A stretch of 64,000 bases of DNA, taken from positions 1 through 64,000 of IMG/VR virus record IMGVR_UViG_3300042509_001805. One strand, 5' to 3'. Below, in pieces: positions 35,321 to 44,804 of this stretch. The notes beneath the pieces are model-generated. The model was given only the letters and a program-made list of their open reading frames with translations. It was not told the DNA's origin and did not search any database. Position 1 is the stretch's first letter. Each line of letters starts with the position of its first letter. Source of the stretch: an uncultured virus (IMG/VR IMGVR_UViG_3300042509_001805) (lineage: Duplodnaviria > Heunggongvirae > Uroviricota > Caudoviricetes). The position numbers and the translations under genes are program-made.

Positions 35321-36652
35321 ATGAATTTTGATGACTTGCCATGCGATAAAAGAATTGCATCTTCTACAGATCCAAACAAAATGATTTGCCAAATAGCTAC
35401 ATCAAGACAGCCGTTTGAAGTAGAAGTCACTCCAACATTTTGTGAAACTTGTTTAAAGTGCGGAGGCTATCAAGCCGATAACAACAATAAAGGCATCAAG
35501 CTAGCTTCAATTTATTCAGCGAAAAAACAATCTGAACAAGTTTACCAACTGGCGGAAATCAACAATGGCGATGGTCCCGGAACCGAACTTAAAAAGATGA
35601 TTCCAAAGTGGCTAGAAAGAAAAGAATGCGGGTGTGCAAACTTTGCAAAGAAAATGAATATATGGGGTCCAGATTTATGCGAAAAAAATATAGAGCAAAT
35701 AGTTGACAAACTTCATTCCGAATCCAAAAAGCTTGCAATGTTTTCTTGGGTTCCAGATGTTTGCACACGAACTGTTTGTTATAAGCTTGCCACTACTGCG
35801 ATAAAAAGAGCCAGAGAAAAAGAAGGTAACTTAAAAAACAAGTGGTTTGTTGCTGTTACAACAGCACCAAGAAAAGAACAAACTCTTAGTATTTGTTTGG
35901 ATTCATTGCTTATCAATGGCTGGCGACCGTACATTTTTGCCGAACCCGGAAACTATGACTATCTCAATGAAGAATATCGTTCTAATTTAATTTTGAACAA
36001 AGAACGAAAAGGAGTTTGGTGGAATTGGATTCAAAGTTGCAGATATGCTCTTGAAAATTCTGATGCAGACGTTATAATGACAGTTCAAGACGACTCATTA
36101 TTTCATCCAGACGCAAAAGACATTGCTGAAATGTTTATGTGGCCATCTAAGGATGTTGGATTTATTTCTTTATATACACCAAAACATTACAGCTTGATGT
36201 CAAGACAAAAATCTTTAAAAAGATCCACTGGAATAAATAGAATACATACCAAAGCTTTATGGGGAGCTTGTGCTTTGATTTGGCCAAGAGAAGTGCTTGA
36301 AAAAGTAATGCAGCATGAGTTGATAGAAGGATGGCTTGGCGCTCCACTAAAAACAATGTCAGCTTGGGAAGAAAGAAAAAGAAAAAGAAAAGAAGAGCCT
36401 TGGACTATTCAAAATAGTGATACCGGCATAGGAAAAATCATGAACAGAATGGGTCGCAGTATGTGGTTTGTTGACCCTTCGCCTGTGCAGCATATAGCTA
36501 AATATTCAGCAATTAATCATGGAGGAAACGAAGGCAGAAGAAATTGCGGACGATGCGCAAACTTTAAAATTCCTCTTAAAGAACAAGTTCCTTTTTTGTT
36601 CAATGGAGAGCCAGCAAAAACTTTTTCTGCAAAAGAAATAGAATTGAGTTGA
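35321..36652 (+). CDS. GT-A-like glycosyltransferase with Cys-rich N-terminal domain
   Basis: VAVTTAPRK, QDD (DxD-like), WGACALIW, PSPVQHI. Confidence 0.65.
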   Translation: MNFDDLPCDKRIASSTDPNKMICQIATSRQPFEVEVTPTFCETCLKCGGYQADNNNKGIKLASIYSAKKQSEQVYQLAEINNGDGPGTELKKMIPKWLERKECGCANFAKKMNIWGPDLCEKNIEQIVDKLHSESKKLAMFSWVPDVCTRTVCYKLATTAIKRAREKEGNLKNKWFVAVTTAPRKEQTLSICLDSLLINGWRPYIFAEPGNYDYLNEEYRSNLILNKERKGVWWNWIQSCRYALENSDADVIMTVQDDSLFHPDAKDIAEMFMWPSKDVGFISLYTPKHYSLMSRQKSLKRSTGINRIHTKALWGACALIWPREVLEKVMQHELIEGWLGAPLKTMSAWEERKRKRKEEPWTIQNSDTGIGKIMNRMGRSMWFVDPSPVQHIAKYSAINHGGNEGRRNCGRCANFKIPLKEQVPFLFNGEPAKTFSAKEIELS

Positions 36653-36736
36653 CATAAGTATTGATAGAATGTATAATAAGTATATGAATAACGATTACGG
36701 CGTGTAATCTTTTTTGTTTAGTGTAAGGAGTTTATT

Positions 36737-37096
36737 GTGAAAAATTTTGTTTTGTTGATTTTGGTTTTTGTTTTTGGTGTAATTGCTAGTACTTCAGTTT
36801 CGGCCCAAGAGCCTATTGCAGAAGCCCCTCCTTCTGTTCAAACGCTCGTTCATCAAGAACAAGGGCAAACTTCGGTTGCAACATTGGCCTTGTCACAGTC
36901 TTGCGCAAATTGCACAGGAAGTTCAGTTGCCACAACAATGATTAGCACTCCAGTAAAGTTTATTCAACGGCTTGCGTGTTCATCTCCAGTTCAGCGCGTA
37001 GCTCAGGCTCCGTCGCGATTTGGTCACTGGGTTCAGTGCAATAAACCAGTTCGGTCTGCGATGCGAAATGTAGCTTGCCGTTTGCGTTGTCGATAA
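36737..37096 (+). CDS. secreted protein
   Basis: Signal peptide VSA-Q; AAGGAG RBS; promoter 36649. Confidence 0.65.
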   Translation: MKNFVLLILVFVFGVIASTSVSAQEPIAEAPPSVQTLVHQEQGQTSVATLALSQSCANCTGSSVATTMISTPVKFIQRLACSSPVQRVAQAPSRFGHWVQCNKPVRSAMRNVACRLRCR

Positions 37097-37100
37097 CAAT

Positions 37101-37190
37101 AGAAACAAAAGTCGGAAGCGTCTGCTTTGCATTCAGCGATTAGACAGATAGACAATACTAGACTCGCCGGTGAAAATCCGGCTTGTTTCT
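37101..37190 (+). ncRNA. tRNA-like RNA, no clear anticodon
   Basis: AGAAACAA/TTGTTTCT terminal stem with GCCGG-TGAAAAT-CCGGC T-arm; heads the tRNA cluster. Confidence 0.5.
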
Positions 37191-37193
37191 TTT

Positions 37194-37266
37194 GCTGCTC
37201 TAGTTCAATTGGTAGAACAATAGTTTTGTAAACTATATGTTGTGGGTTCAAGTCCCACGGGTAGCT
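37194..37266 (+). tRNA. tRNA-Thr(UGU)
   Basis: Cloverleaf, loop TTTGTAA. Confidence 0.9.
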
Positions 37267-37271
37267 TTTAC

Positions 37272-37343
37272 TGCCCTGTTGTGTAACTGGCAGCACGGCA
37301 GACTTTGACTCTGCTAGTCTAGGTTCAAATCCTAGCGGGGCAA
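37272..37343 (+). tRNA. tRNA-Gln(UUG)
   Basis: Cloverleaf, loop CTTTGAC. Confidence 0.93.
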
Positions 37344-37345
37344 TT

Positions 37346-37416
37346 CGAGCTATAGTTTAAAGGTAAAATGTAACTCTGATAAAGTTAAGATGGGGGTTCA
37401 ATTCCTTCTGGCTCGA
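37346..37416 (+). tRNA. tRNA-Ile(GAU)
   Basis: Cloverleaf, loop CTGATAA. Confidence 0.85.
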
Positions 37417-37421
37417 CTTAT

Positions 37422-37494
37422 GACTCCTTGGCATGTCTGGGATTGCAGCAAGCTGTTAACTTGCACTAGCTCGGTTCGATTCCGAGAGGGGTCT
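37422..37494 (+). tRNA. tRNA-Asn(GUU), atypical D-arm and discriminator
   Basis: GACTCCT/AGGGGTC-T, loop CTGTTAA. Confidence 0.75.
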
Positions 37495-37500
37495 TTATAA

Positions 37501-37574
37501 CGGAAAGTAGCTCAGTTTGGCAGAGCGCTTGCCTTGGGAGCAAGAGGCCACAGGTTCGAATCCTGTTTTTCCGA
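37501..37574 (+). tRNA. tRNA-Pro(UGG)
   Basis: Cloverleaf, loop CTTGGGA. Confidence 0.95.
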
Positions 37575-37576
37575 CT

Positions 37577-37712
37577 GGCATATTAGTTTAATGGGTAATT
37601 GTAGATCTTAGCTAAATCTATTTAAATTACGCATTCAAGTTTTCTAGAAACTGTAGAATGTTAAAGCGCCGTGAGTCCACGGAAGAATACGGTTCGATTC
37701 CGTAATATGCCG
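37577..37712 (+). ncRNA. tRNA-like RNA with large D-loop insertion
   Basis: GGCATAT/ATATGCC-G, TACGG-TTCGATT-CCGTA, CCGTG-AGTC-CACGG, two extra hairpins in the D-loop. Confidence 0.65.
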
Positions 37713-37717
37713 CTATT

Positions 37718-37797
37718 GGAATGTATCCGAACGGTGAGGAAGCTGTTTTGAAAACAGTAGCCCGAAAGGGTTGTGGGTTCGAATCCTACACATTCCG
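37718..37797 (+). tRNA. tRNA-Ser(UGA)
   Basis: Loop TTTGAAA, long variable arm, G discriminator. Confidence 0.88.
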
Positions 37798-37832
37798 CTT
37801 GCAAAAAGAGATATCGTAAGATATAATACATT

Positions 37833-37922
37833 GGGAGTGAGGCTACTGCTGGTTGTGTAGCGTCAGACTGTAAATCTGATCCTTATTAGGTAACATCGGG
37901 GGTTCAATTCCCTCTGCTCCCA
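37833..37922 (+). tRNA. tRNA-Tyr(GUA)
   Basis: Loop CTGTAAA, long variable arm. Confidence 0.9.
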
Positions 37923-37963
37923 CTTGGAAAAGAGGCAAATTCTTTGTAGAGGAATAACAAAAA

Positions 37964-38037
37964 GGTGCTATAGATCAATTGGTTAGATCGTCAGCCTGTC
38001 ACGCTGAAGGTTACGGGTTCGAGTCCCGTTAGCATCG
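37964..38037 (+). tRNA. tRNA-Asp(GUC)
   Basis: Cloverleaf, loop CTGTCAC. Confidence 0.95.
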
Positions 38038-38152
38038 TTTATTAAGTTTTGGTTAATAATTGTTAACATAACCTTTTAGCATAGCCTATTTGAGTAAATT
38101 AAACTATAACACAGAATGTTAATTTAGTTTATTATGTCAAAAGGAATGTTTA

Positions 38153-39190
38153 ATGAAAAACCGAAATGCTTTTACTTTGATTGAATTGTTGGTTGTTATT
38201 GCTATTATTGGTATTCTTGTTGGAATGCTGTTGCCAGCAATTCAAAGTGTCCGCGAAGCGGCGCGTAGAACACAATGTATGAACAATATGCGGCAGCTTG
38301 GAATAGCGGTTATGAATTACGAAAGTGCTGCTAAGTTTTTACCAGCAAGCCGCTGGGGAACCAATAGAACTATAACAAATAGTCCAATTACTGGTGTAAC
38401 TTTGAATGTCCATAGTGCAAAAACTAAAGATCACTCTTGGCTTGCTCTTGTTCTTCCATACATCGAACAGGTTGGACTTGCAGACCTTTATGACGGAGGT
38501 AATAATTCTTATTGGTGGAATGGCGCTCCTACATCAAATCCATCTTCAAACAATCTATCTGTGTCAAGAACATCTGTGAATACATTTTTGTGTCCAACTT
38601 CTCCGGGAAGCAACCGTACAGATCCATATTTGATTGTTGGTGCTGCTGCCGGTGACTATAGTTCAATAAATGAAGTTAAAGAGGATTTTTACACTGTTGG
38701 TTTGGGTTTAGCTGCTACTGCTGTTCCTGCTCAACGCGCCCGCGATGGCGTATTGGCAAAAGATGTAAGAAATCCACTGCGAGACGTTGTAGACGGAACA
38801 TCAAACACTATAATGATTGGGGAAGCAAGTGGCGCTCCAGATGTTTATATTCGTAGAAAATTAATGACACTAACTGAATACAATGTGTATATCGCTGATG
38901 GTGGTACAAAGGTTACAAACTCAATTGCTGGTCGATTTGTTTTGGTTGATGGAACTGGTTGGGCAGATCCTGATCGTGGATATTCAATCAACGGATCAAG
39001 AGCTAGTGGAGCGGCTGGTGGAAATCGCGTTATGAATTACATAAATGCAAGCGAACCGTTTAGTTTTCATCCCGGTGGTTGTGCTTTTGTAAGAGCAGAC
39101 GGCTCAACAGAATATGTTGGAGAAACTATTGCTCCAGCTGTTTTTGCAGCAAAATGCACACGCGCCGGTTCAGAAATTATACAAGAATAA
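38153..39190 (+). CDS. DUF1559-family prepilin-type N-terminal cleavage/methylation protein
   Basis: [60 protein letters not shown]....ADGS (H-X9-DG). Confidence 0.93.
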   Translation: MKNRNAFTLIELLVVIAIIGILVGMLLPAIQSVREAARRTQCMNNMRQLGIAVMNYESAAKFLPASRWGTNRTITNSPITGVTLNVHSAKTKDHSWLALVLPYIEQVGLADLYDGGNNSYWWNGAPTSNPSSNNLSVSRTSVNTFLCPTSPGSNRTDPYLIVGAAAGDYSSINEVKEDFYTVGLGLAATAVPAQRARDGVLAKDVRNPLRDVVDGTSNTIMIGEASGAPDVYIRRKLMTLTEYNVYIADGGTKVTNSIAGRFVLVDGTGWADPDRGYSINGSRASGAAGGNRVMNYINASEPFSFHPGGCAFVRADGSTEYVGETIAPAVFAAKCTRAGSEIIQE

Positions 39191-39476
39191 GGGCTAGAAA
39201 GGTTTCGAATCAGTATAGAGATTTTAAATGCATCGCGTAGTTGGGATAGAGGCTACGTTAAAACTATTCCAAAATTTTAATTGGCAAGAATACTCTTGCT
39301 CTCGCTGCCTAATAAGTAGCTAGGGTTGCCCGACACCTTACTAACCAAAGTCGGGTAATATTATATCACTCTTAGACTGACTTGTTGCGGCGGTCAGGTA
39401 AAAAATGCAGCAACTAACGATGTAGATTTTAACTTTGTAAGTATCTGATGACCCGTTTTCGATAACGGCTAGTCCA
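39191..39476 (+). ncRNA. ssrA: tmRNA
   Basis: GGGCTAG/CTAGTCC-A acceptor with G3.U70, T-arm CCGTT-TTCGAT-AACGG, tag ORF 39283-39312 (A)GKNTLALAA followed by two stops. Confidence 0.9.
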
Positions 39477-39555
39477 CTGAAGTTTTTAAAAAACGAGCTT
39501 CTCTGCCATGCGTAGAGGAAGTAACAAAGCCGTCCATAGTGGCGGCTTTAGCTTT

Positions 39556-39652
39556 GGGAAAGTGATGATAAAGACGCTAAATAGAATAAAAGACAATGGT
39601 AGGCTTGCTCCTGAGTCGGAGCCTGATGCTGGTTCGAATCCAGCCTTTCCCA
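39556..39652 (+). ncRNA. tRNA-like RNA
   Basis: GGGAAAG/CTTTCCC-A, GCTGG-TTCGAAT-CCAGC, AGGCT..AGCCT arm, no D-arm. Confidence 0.55.
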
Positions 39653-39728
39653 TTTTTTTTGATCGCGATGTTGACAAGCACATTTCGTATGCTATAATAA
39701 AGGAAAGCCAAATGGGAAGGAGAAAATA

Positions 39729-40097
39729 ATGATTGAGGGAATTCCAGTTGGGTATGAACTGGTGCGGATTGGACGGCCTCTGTGCGGAGAGCAAATTCTG
39801 AGCCCAGACGGAAGGGTTGTGTTCATGAGCGGTGGAGCGTTGGACGTTAATTACGTCGTCCTTCGCAAAATCGAAAAACCCAAGACCTACAGGCCATTTG
39901 CCAATGGTGATGAGTATGCACCGCACTTTAGTAGGTTGGTTATTGAAGTGAACGATAATAATTTGACGTATCTACCAACAGCATTTGATAAAAACAAAGT
40001 GTGGCTTGGACCCGGTTTTAATGGGTGTACTTGGGACGAAGCATTCTGTGTTTTTAAATTCAAGGACAGCGGCGAGCCATTTGGTGTGGAGGAGTAG
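39729..40097 (+). CDS. hypothetical protein, paralog of 16383
   Basis: Promoter 39671, AAGGAG RBS. Confidence 0.75.
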   Translation: MIEGIPVGYELVRIGRPLCGEQILSPDGRVVFMSGGALDVNYVVLRKIEKPKTYRPFANGDEYAPHFSRLVIEVNDNNLTYLPTAFDKNKVWLGPGFNGCTWDEAFCVFKFKDSGEPFGVEE

Positions 40098-40285
40098 TGA
40101 TGTTTGATTGTGAAGACGATCCGCCGTGGCTTGATTACCTAGTTTTTTTGTTTCCGCCATTCGCAATAGCAATGGCAGTTACAGCTTCGATGTTGTTTGG
40201 AGATACATTGCGAGCAAAAGTTATTCGTAAAAGCGAACCAGTTAGAGTTGAGATTGTTGACCAAGGGAAAGCGAGGGGCGAATGA
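40097..40285 (+). CDS. small membrane protein
   Basis: One hydrophobic segment; GGAGGAG RBS. Confidence 0.6.
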   Translation: MMFDCEDDPPWLDYLVFLFPPFAIAMAVTASMLFGDTLRAKVIRKSEPVRVEIVDQGKARGE

Positions 40286-40536
40286 ACGAGTGGAAGTCGA
40301 TAACCGAAATGCCAGACAACTTTTGTGGAGATGTTTGGGTTTTCTCGCCGCACGTAAAACAACCAGAGTTGGCTCACACCTATCTAGCTGGATGGAGCAA
40401 AGACCCAAGCAAGCGTGTATTCGAGACAATCTATACAGTCCACGACAGCGAGGGATTGAACGCTGAATACTTCAGAGACGTTTCCCATTACATGGAGGTT
40501 GTTCCTCCAGAGCCACCAATAGTGAGGGTAGAATAA
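40282..40536 (+). CDS. DUF551-like phage protein
   Basis: W.SI.E.P...VSHYM...PEPP. Confidence 0.6.
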   Translation: MNEWKSITEMPDNFCGDVWVFSPHVKQPELAHTYLAGWSKDPSKRVFETIYTVHDSEGLNAEYFRDVSHYMEVVPPEPPIVRVE

Positions 40537-40589
40537 TGAATGAGGAATGGTTGGCGAGTGAAATAGAGAAGTTTGAAAAGGAAAAAGCA

Positions 40590-40961
40590 ATGAGCGAGAT
40601 ACAAACTGGCGAAGGTTACAGGTTAATCGACAAGGCAAAGGACACAAAGCGACCGGGAGATGAGTATTGGTCCTGTTTTGGCGACTGGGCTTTAGCGTCG
40701 AATGACGGCATGTTTCACCCCGAACACGTTTACCGTCGCCGCATCCCGGCCAAGCCGGAAGCGATGGAGATTTGGAACGCTTTTAAGGTGCAATGTGGCT
40801 ACGCACCAGACCACTTTGCAATTTGGCAAGTTGGTCCACCCGATTCCGCTGGCGATGTTGTTATTGGTAATGCAGCCGAAGCCCGCCAACTAGCCGACTG
40901 GTTGACGAGGTTTGCCGAATGGCGAGAAGCACAAGGGGACAACAATGAACGAACAAATTGA
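40590..40961 (+). CDS. hypothetical protein, family D
   Basis: MSEIQTGEGYRL...RRRIPAKPEAMEIWNAF...RQLADWLTR. Confidence 0.75.
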   Translation: MSEIQTGEGYRLIDKAKDTKRPGDEYWSCFGDWALASNDGMFHPEHVYRRRIPAKPEAMEIWNAFKVQCGYAPDHFAIWQVGPPDSAGDVVIGNAAEARQLADWLTRFAEWREAQGDNNERTN

Positions 40962-41316
40962 GCCCGGCGATGGATGGCGGTTGCTGGGACCGGATGAACC
41001 AGTATTTCCATTAGACGAACTTTACTTTGCGGAAGGTGGAAGCTGGCATCAAATGTCTCCACAGAATTTCCTTTGCAAAGCAAAGCTATGGACCGCCGTT
41101 CGCCGCAAAATCCCAGCCCTGCCAGATGTGTTAAAGATTCAGAGTGAAGGCGGGTCAATATCGCTGGAAACCATTCCTCGCGGACCTGCTTATATTATTC
41201 AGCGATGGGAAGATTCAAGGGATGAGGTTCGACTGGATACCACCGAGCAAATTCGCCAAGTAATCGCATGGCTACAACAAGTTGTTGACTGGCGAGAGCA
41301 AGGAGAACAAAAATGA
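40945..41316 (+). CDS. hypothetical protein, family D
   Basis: GDGWRLLGPDE...RRKIPA...DWREQ. Confidence 0.75.
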   Translation: MNEQIEPGDGWRLLGPDEPVFPLDELYFAEGGSWHQMSPQNFLCKAKLWTAVRRKIPALPDVLKIQSEGGSISLETIPRGPAYIIQRWEDSRDEVRLDTTEQIRQVIAWLQQVVDWREQGEQK

Positions 41317-41416
41317 GCTTAATATGATATTTTTTGCTGGAGTTTTGATTGGGGGCTTGACGATACTGTTTTGTATGGTATAATTGAGTTGTAACATCAA
41401 CAATTTGGAGAACACA

Positions 41417-41818
41417 ATGAATCGACAAGAAATTTTCAACAAAGTTTACGATTACGCAAAGACTATGCAGGGGCCGTCATATTTTATGGAAAATGACACA
41501 AGCCCAACATGTGCATATCGCGGATGCAATGGAAACAGGTGTTTGATTGGGGCTTTGATTCCCGATAGTCTTTATTGCAAAGAAATGGAAGCTAACGTTA
41601 TTGAAAACTTGTTGGGAGAATTTCCACAGCTTGACGACTACTTTGAAGTAAAAAGTGAAGACGATGTGAGGTTTCTAGCAAGTCTTCAAATGTGTCACGA
41701 TAATTCTTGTAACTTTAATAATCGTTTTGCTCCAGATAAAGTTCCATTGGATCTTTTCAAAGAGCGATTAATGGAAAACTTGAAAGATTTTGCAGAAGCT
41801 AATAATTTGAAAGTCTAA
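41417..41818 (+). CDS. conserved phage hypothetical protein
   Basis: QEIF.KV...CAYRG..G.RCLIG.LIPD..Y...LQ.CHD; promoter 41357. Confidence 0.7.
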   Translation: MNRQEIFNKVYDYAKTMQGPSYFMENDTSPTCAYRGCNGNRCLIGALIPDSLYCKEMEANVIENLLGEFPQLDDYFEVKSEDDVRFLASLQMCHDNSCNFNNRFAPDKVPLDLFKERLMENLKDFAEANNLKV

Positions 41819-41898
41819 AAAATTTTGTTTTTATTGTGGACAATCTAGTTTATCGAGATATAATATGTTGTATCAAAACGAACAACAAAGGTTTTGGG

Positions 41899-42318
41899 AT
41901 GGTTAAAAAAAAGAAACGAATTCCTCTTAAAGAATGTCCAGCTTGTCAAGCAAAAGTTCATGCAAGAAAAGCTGAATGCGAGGAATGTGGACATTGTTTT
42001 TACGAAAAGAAAAGTAAACTTGTTACTGATTGGACAAAATTAAAAATTGGTGATATAGTTAGATCACTGTATGGAAATGGACCTTATTGGGAAGATCCAG
42101 TTAGTAAAGAAAAACTGTACATGGGTTCGTATGGAAAGTTTGCTGTCAATAAAGTTGGTGACAATTACATTGGGTGTTCAGAGGTAAAAAAATATGGTGG
42201 CTTTTCTAGTGGCTATCATATATTATATATGGGTGAATTTAAAAGGTCTAATTTGTGTGATAATCTTTATAGATGCCCGCATAAATTAATTAGTGTTTCT
42301 TTAAAAGGAGAGCGTTGA
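41899..42318 (+). CDS. Zn-ribbon protein
   Basis: KECPAC...CEECGH. Confidence 0.65.
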   Translation: MVKKKKRIPLKECPACQAKVHARKAECEECGHCFYEKKSKLVTDWTKLKIGDIVRSLYGNGPYWEDPVSKEKLYMGSYGKFAVNKVGDNYIGCSEVKKYGGFSSGYHILYMGEFKRSNLCDNLYRCPHKLISVSLKGER

Positions 42319-42547
42319 TGTTTACTGATTGGAATTCTATTCTGTCGAATAGAGGAAATGTTCATACCGTTAATAACTTTGCTAACGGTAGTATTAGTGG
42401 CGAGGATTTTTATGCTAGATTTTGTGGAACTCCTCTTGGTGGTTCTATTCGTAATCTTCTTAGGACTTACGGAGTTGAGCGAGCGAGAATTTTGGCCAAG
42501 AAAGCGTTGAATCGTCGAGAACTTGTTTAATTTTTAGAGGTGCAATT

Positions 42548-42904
42548 ATGTTGAATAATCGTGTTATTTTGAAGGGTAATTTGACTAAAGATCCAGAATA
42601 CAAGACTGTATCCGACAAGGAACTTGTATCTTTCCGTATCGCTGTAAATGAGTCAGTCGGTAATGGAAAGGAAGAAACAGTTTACATGGATGTTGATGGA
42701 TGGGGAAGTCATGCTGGTTATGCCCGCGATGTTTCTCTGAGCAAGGGTGATCGTGTGATTATCGATGGCCGTTTGCGTCAGCGAAACTGGGAAGACAAGG
42801 CTGGCGCGAACCGAACTTCTTATACTGTTTTGCCTAGTACTTTTTCTAAGGTTGTGAAGCCACCAAAAATGGACGCCGAACCATCAGGATCTGAAACTTT
42901 CTAA
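42548..42904 (+). CDS. ssb: single-stranded DNA-binding protein
   Basis: NRVIL.GNLTKDPE, FRIAVN, KGDRV.I.GRL.QRNWEDK. Confidence 0.92.
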   Translation: MLNNRVILKGNLTKDPEYKTVSDKELVSFRIAVNESVGNGKEETVYMDVDGWGSHAGYARDVSLSKGDRVIIDGRLRQRNWEDKAGANRTSYTVLPSTFSKVVKPPKMDAEPSGSETF

Positions 42905-43221
42905 GTTTAAGTACAATGAAAAATAGACAATACTTGATAAATGCGTTGAGAGATATTGAGCTTAGGCTTAGTTTATTGCAAGAGCGATCTTATTCTCTAG
43001 AGCAAAATTCTTCCGAACTACGTCAGGTAGATAAACGAAGAAAGAAGCTTGATAAAAATAGAGAAAAAATTTTGAGAAAACTTGAGCAACTTAATAGCAA
43101 TCAAGATTATAATAATTTAGACTAGAGTCAATCCATAATACTCTAGAGGAAATTGAGATACCCTTTTAATAGGGGTATCTTTTTTTATAGGTTTGTCTTA
43201 CTCGTACTAATCGGATTGCAT

Positions 43222-44040
43222 ATGAAAACAGGAATAGTTATAGGTCACAATACAGGTCTTGGTGATCAAATCATAATGAATGGTGCGGTAAGATACTTAG
43301 CTGAAGTTTATGACACGGTTTGGTTTGTTACATGGGAAAATAGAAAAAAACACGCTGAATTTCTTTATAAAAATTGTGCAAATATTGAAATTTATACTAA
43401 ACCATCAATAGCAAGTTCTAGACAAGGTATACTTAGAATGAGTGCGGCATATGAAGAAATAACAAAGCAGCACAATGACTATGAATTTAAACCATACAAT
43501 AGATGTTTTTATCCATCTGTTGATGATTGGAAAAAATTTCAAATTAAAATGAAATTACCGGATAATGTAATATTCCCAAGGGTATTTTATGGTATAATTG
43601 GAGTTCCATACGAAAAAAGATATCAATATCAACAAATACCAAGAGATTTAGTAGTTGAAAAAAAGATATTTGAAAAGTTAAATATTAGTAAACCATATGC
43701 ATTCGTAGTAAATGATTCTCGTTCATCAAAATATGAATTTAAAATTAATACTAATCTTAAAATTATTAACCCGCTAGAATATGATTTCTGGAAAGATACT
43801 TTAATTTATGATTGGCAGACAGTTATTGAGAATGCTTCCGAAGTACATTTAGTAAACACAAGTTGGTTTCATTTAGCAAGAACACTAAAGTTAAACTCCA
43901 AAAAGTTTTATTATTGCGCTAGAAATATCCTAATGTGTGAACAAAGCGAAGAATTCGTAAACGATGAATTTGATAATAACTGGATAATAGTAAAGACTAA
44001 AACTTTAGAAAAAGTTAAGAAAAAATGGTGGTTAAATTAA
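43222..44040 (+). CDS. putative glycosyltransferase / polysaccharide-related protein
   Basis: H.TGLGDQII.NG.VRY, I.NA.EVHL..TS motifs (GT-B-like). Confidence 0.55.
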   Translation: MKTGIVIGHNTGLGDQIIMNGAVRYLAEVYDTVWFVTWENRKKHAEFLYKNCANIEIYTKPSIASSRQGILRMSAAYEEITKQHNDYEFKPYNRCFYPSVDDWKKFQIKMKLPDNVIFPRVFYGIIGVPYEKRYQYQQIPRDLVVEKKIFEKLNISKPYAFVVNDSRSSKYEFKINTNLKIINPLEYDFWKDTLIYDWQTVIENASEVHLVNTSWFHLARTLKLNSKKFYYCARNILMCEQSEEFVNDEFDNNWIIVKTKTLEKVKKKWWLN

Positions 44041-44300
44041 GGGGAATAAAAAAATGCAAAAACCGAATAAATCTAAACAACAAAAACAATTAAAGAATGG
44101 TAAAAAGAAACGATCAAAACAATTAAAAAGAAACGAGCAAAATAAGACTAAAAGACTAAAACGTCTTTTAAAAAACACACAAAAAAGACAAATCGAGAAC
44201 GAAACATTCAAGCTTGAAGACGAAATAAGACGAATACAAAACAAGGGCTTGACATTCAGAAATCCTATTGTAGAATAGTGTTTTTAAGAAGTTTGGAGGA

Positions 44301-44771
44301 TTGGCGATGCAAAATACTGGGACTTGGAATTCTGATTTGGCTTTGTTTTATCTGGCCGTTTTTTTGACTCCGTTGTGGCTCAAGATGATTTTATGGACAA
44401 TTAACACTTTCGGGGCTAACGTAAAAGTAATTAGAGTAGAAAAAGAGGTTCAGGTTCCAGTGACTGTTTACCGCGATAGAACAGTTTACAAAACAGTACC
44501 AAAAACTCCAAAAACTCCAAAAGCTCCAAAAACCCAGCCGGTAAAACCGATTAAGACTAAAGTTGCAGCTACTCCTAAAGTCACTACTGTTGTAAAGCAA
44601 CTTACAGAAGCATCGATTATTTCTGATGCTGTATCCGGTTTGAGAGTATTAGGAATTCATAAAAGTCAAGGTCGTGATTTGGCTGAAAAAATAGCTAATA
44701 AACAACAATACAATACCGCTGAAGAATTATTGCAAGATTGTATTGCCCATATCCATAAAATGCGTACATAA
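44301..44771 (+). CDS. membrane protein with RuvA C-terminal-like domain
   Basis: TM segment, PKT repeats, DAVSGL..LG...AEELLQ. Confidence 0.5.
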   Translation: MAMQNTGTWNSDLALFYLAVFLTPLWLKMILWTINTFGANVKVIRVEKEVQVPVTVYRDRTVYKTVPKTPKTPKAPKTQPVKPIKTKVAATPKVTTVVKQLTEASIISDAVSGLRVLGIHKSQGRDLAEKIANKQQYNTAEELLQDCIAHIHKMRT

Positions 44772-44804
44772 TAATATATCTTCAACAACCCAAAATGGTG
44801 TATC

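Noticed and set aside
27936..41316. Diversity-generating retroelement behind the family-D paralogs
   Set aside because: No reverse transcriptase in the window and no adenine-specific template/variable repeat pair seen.
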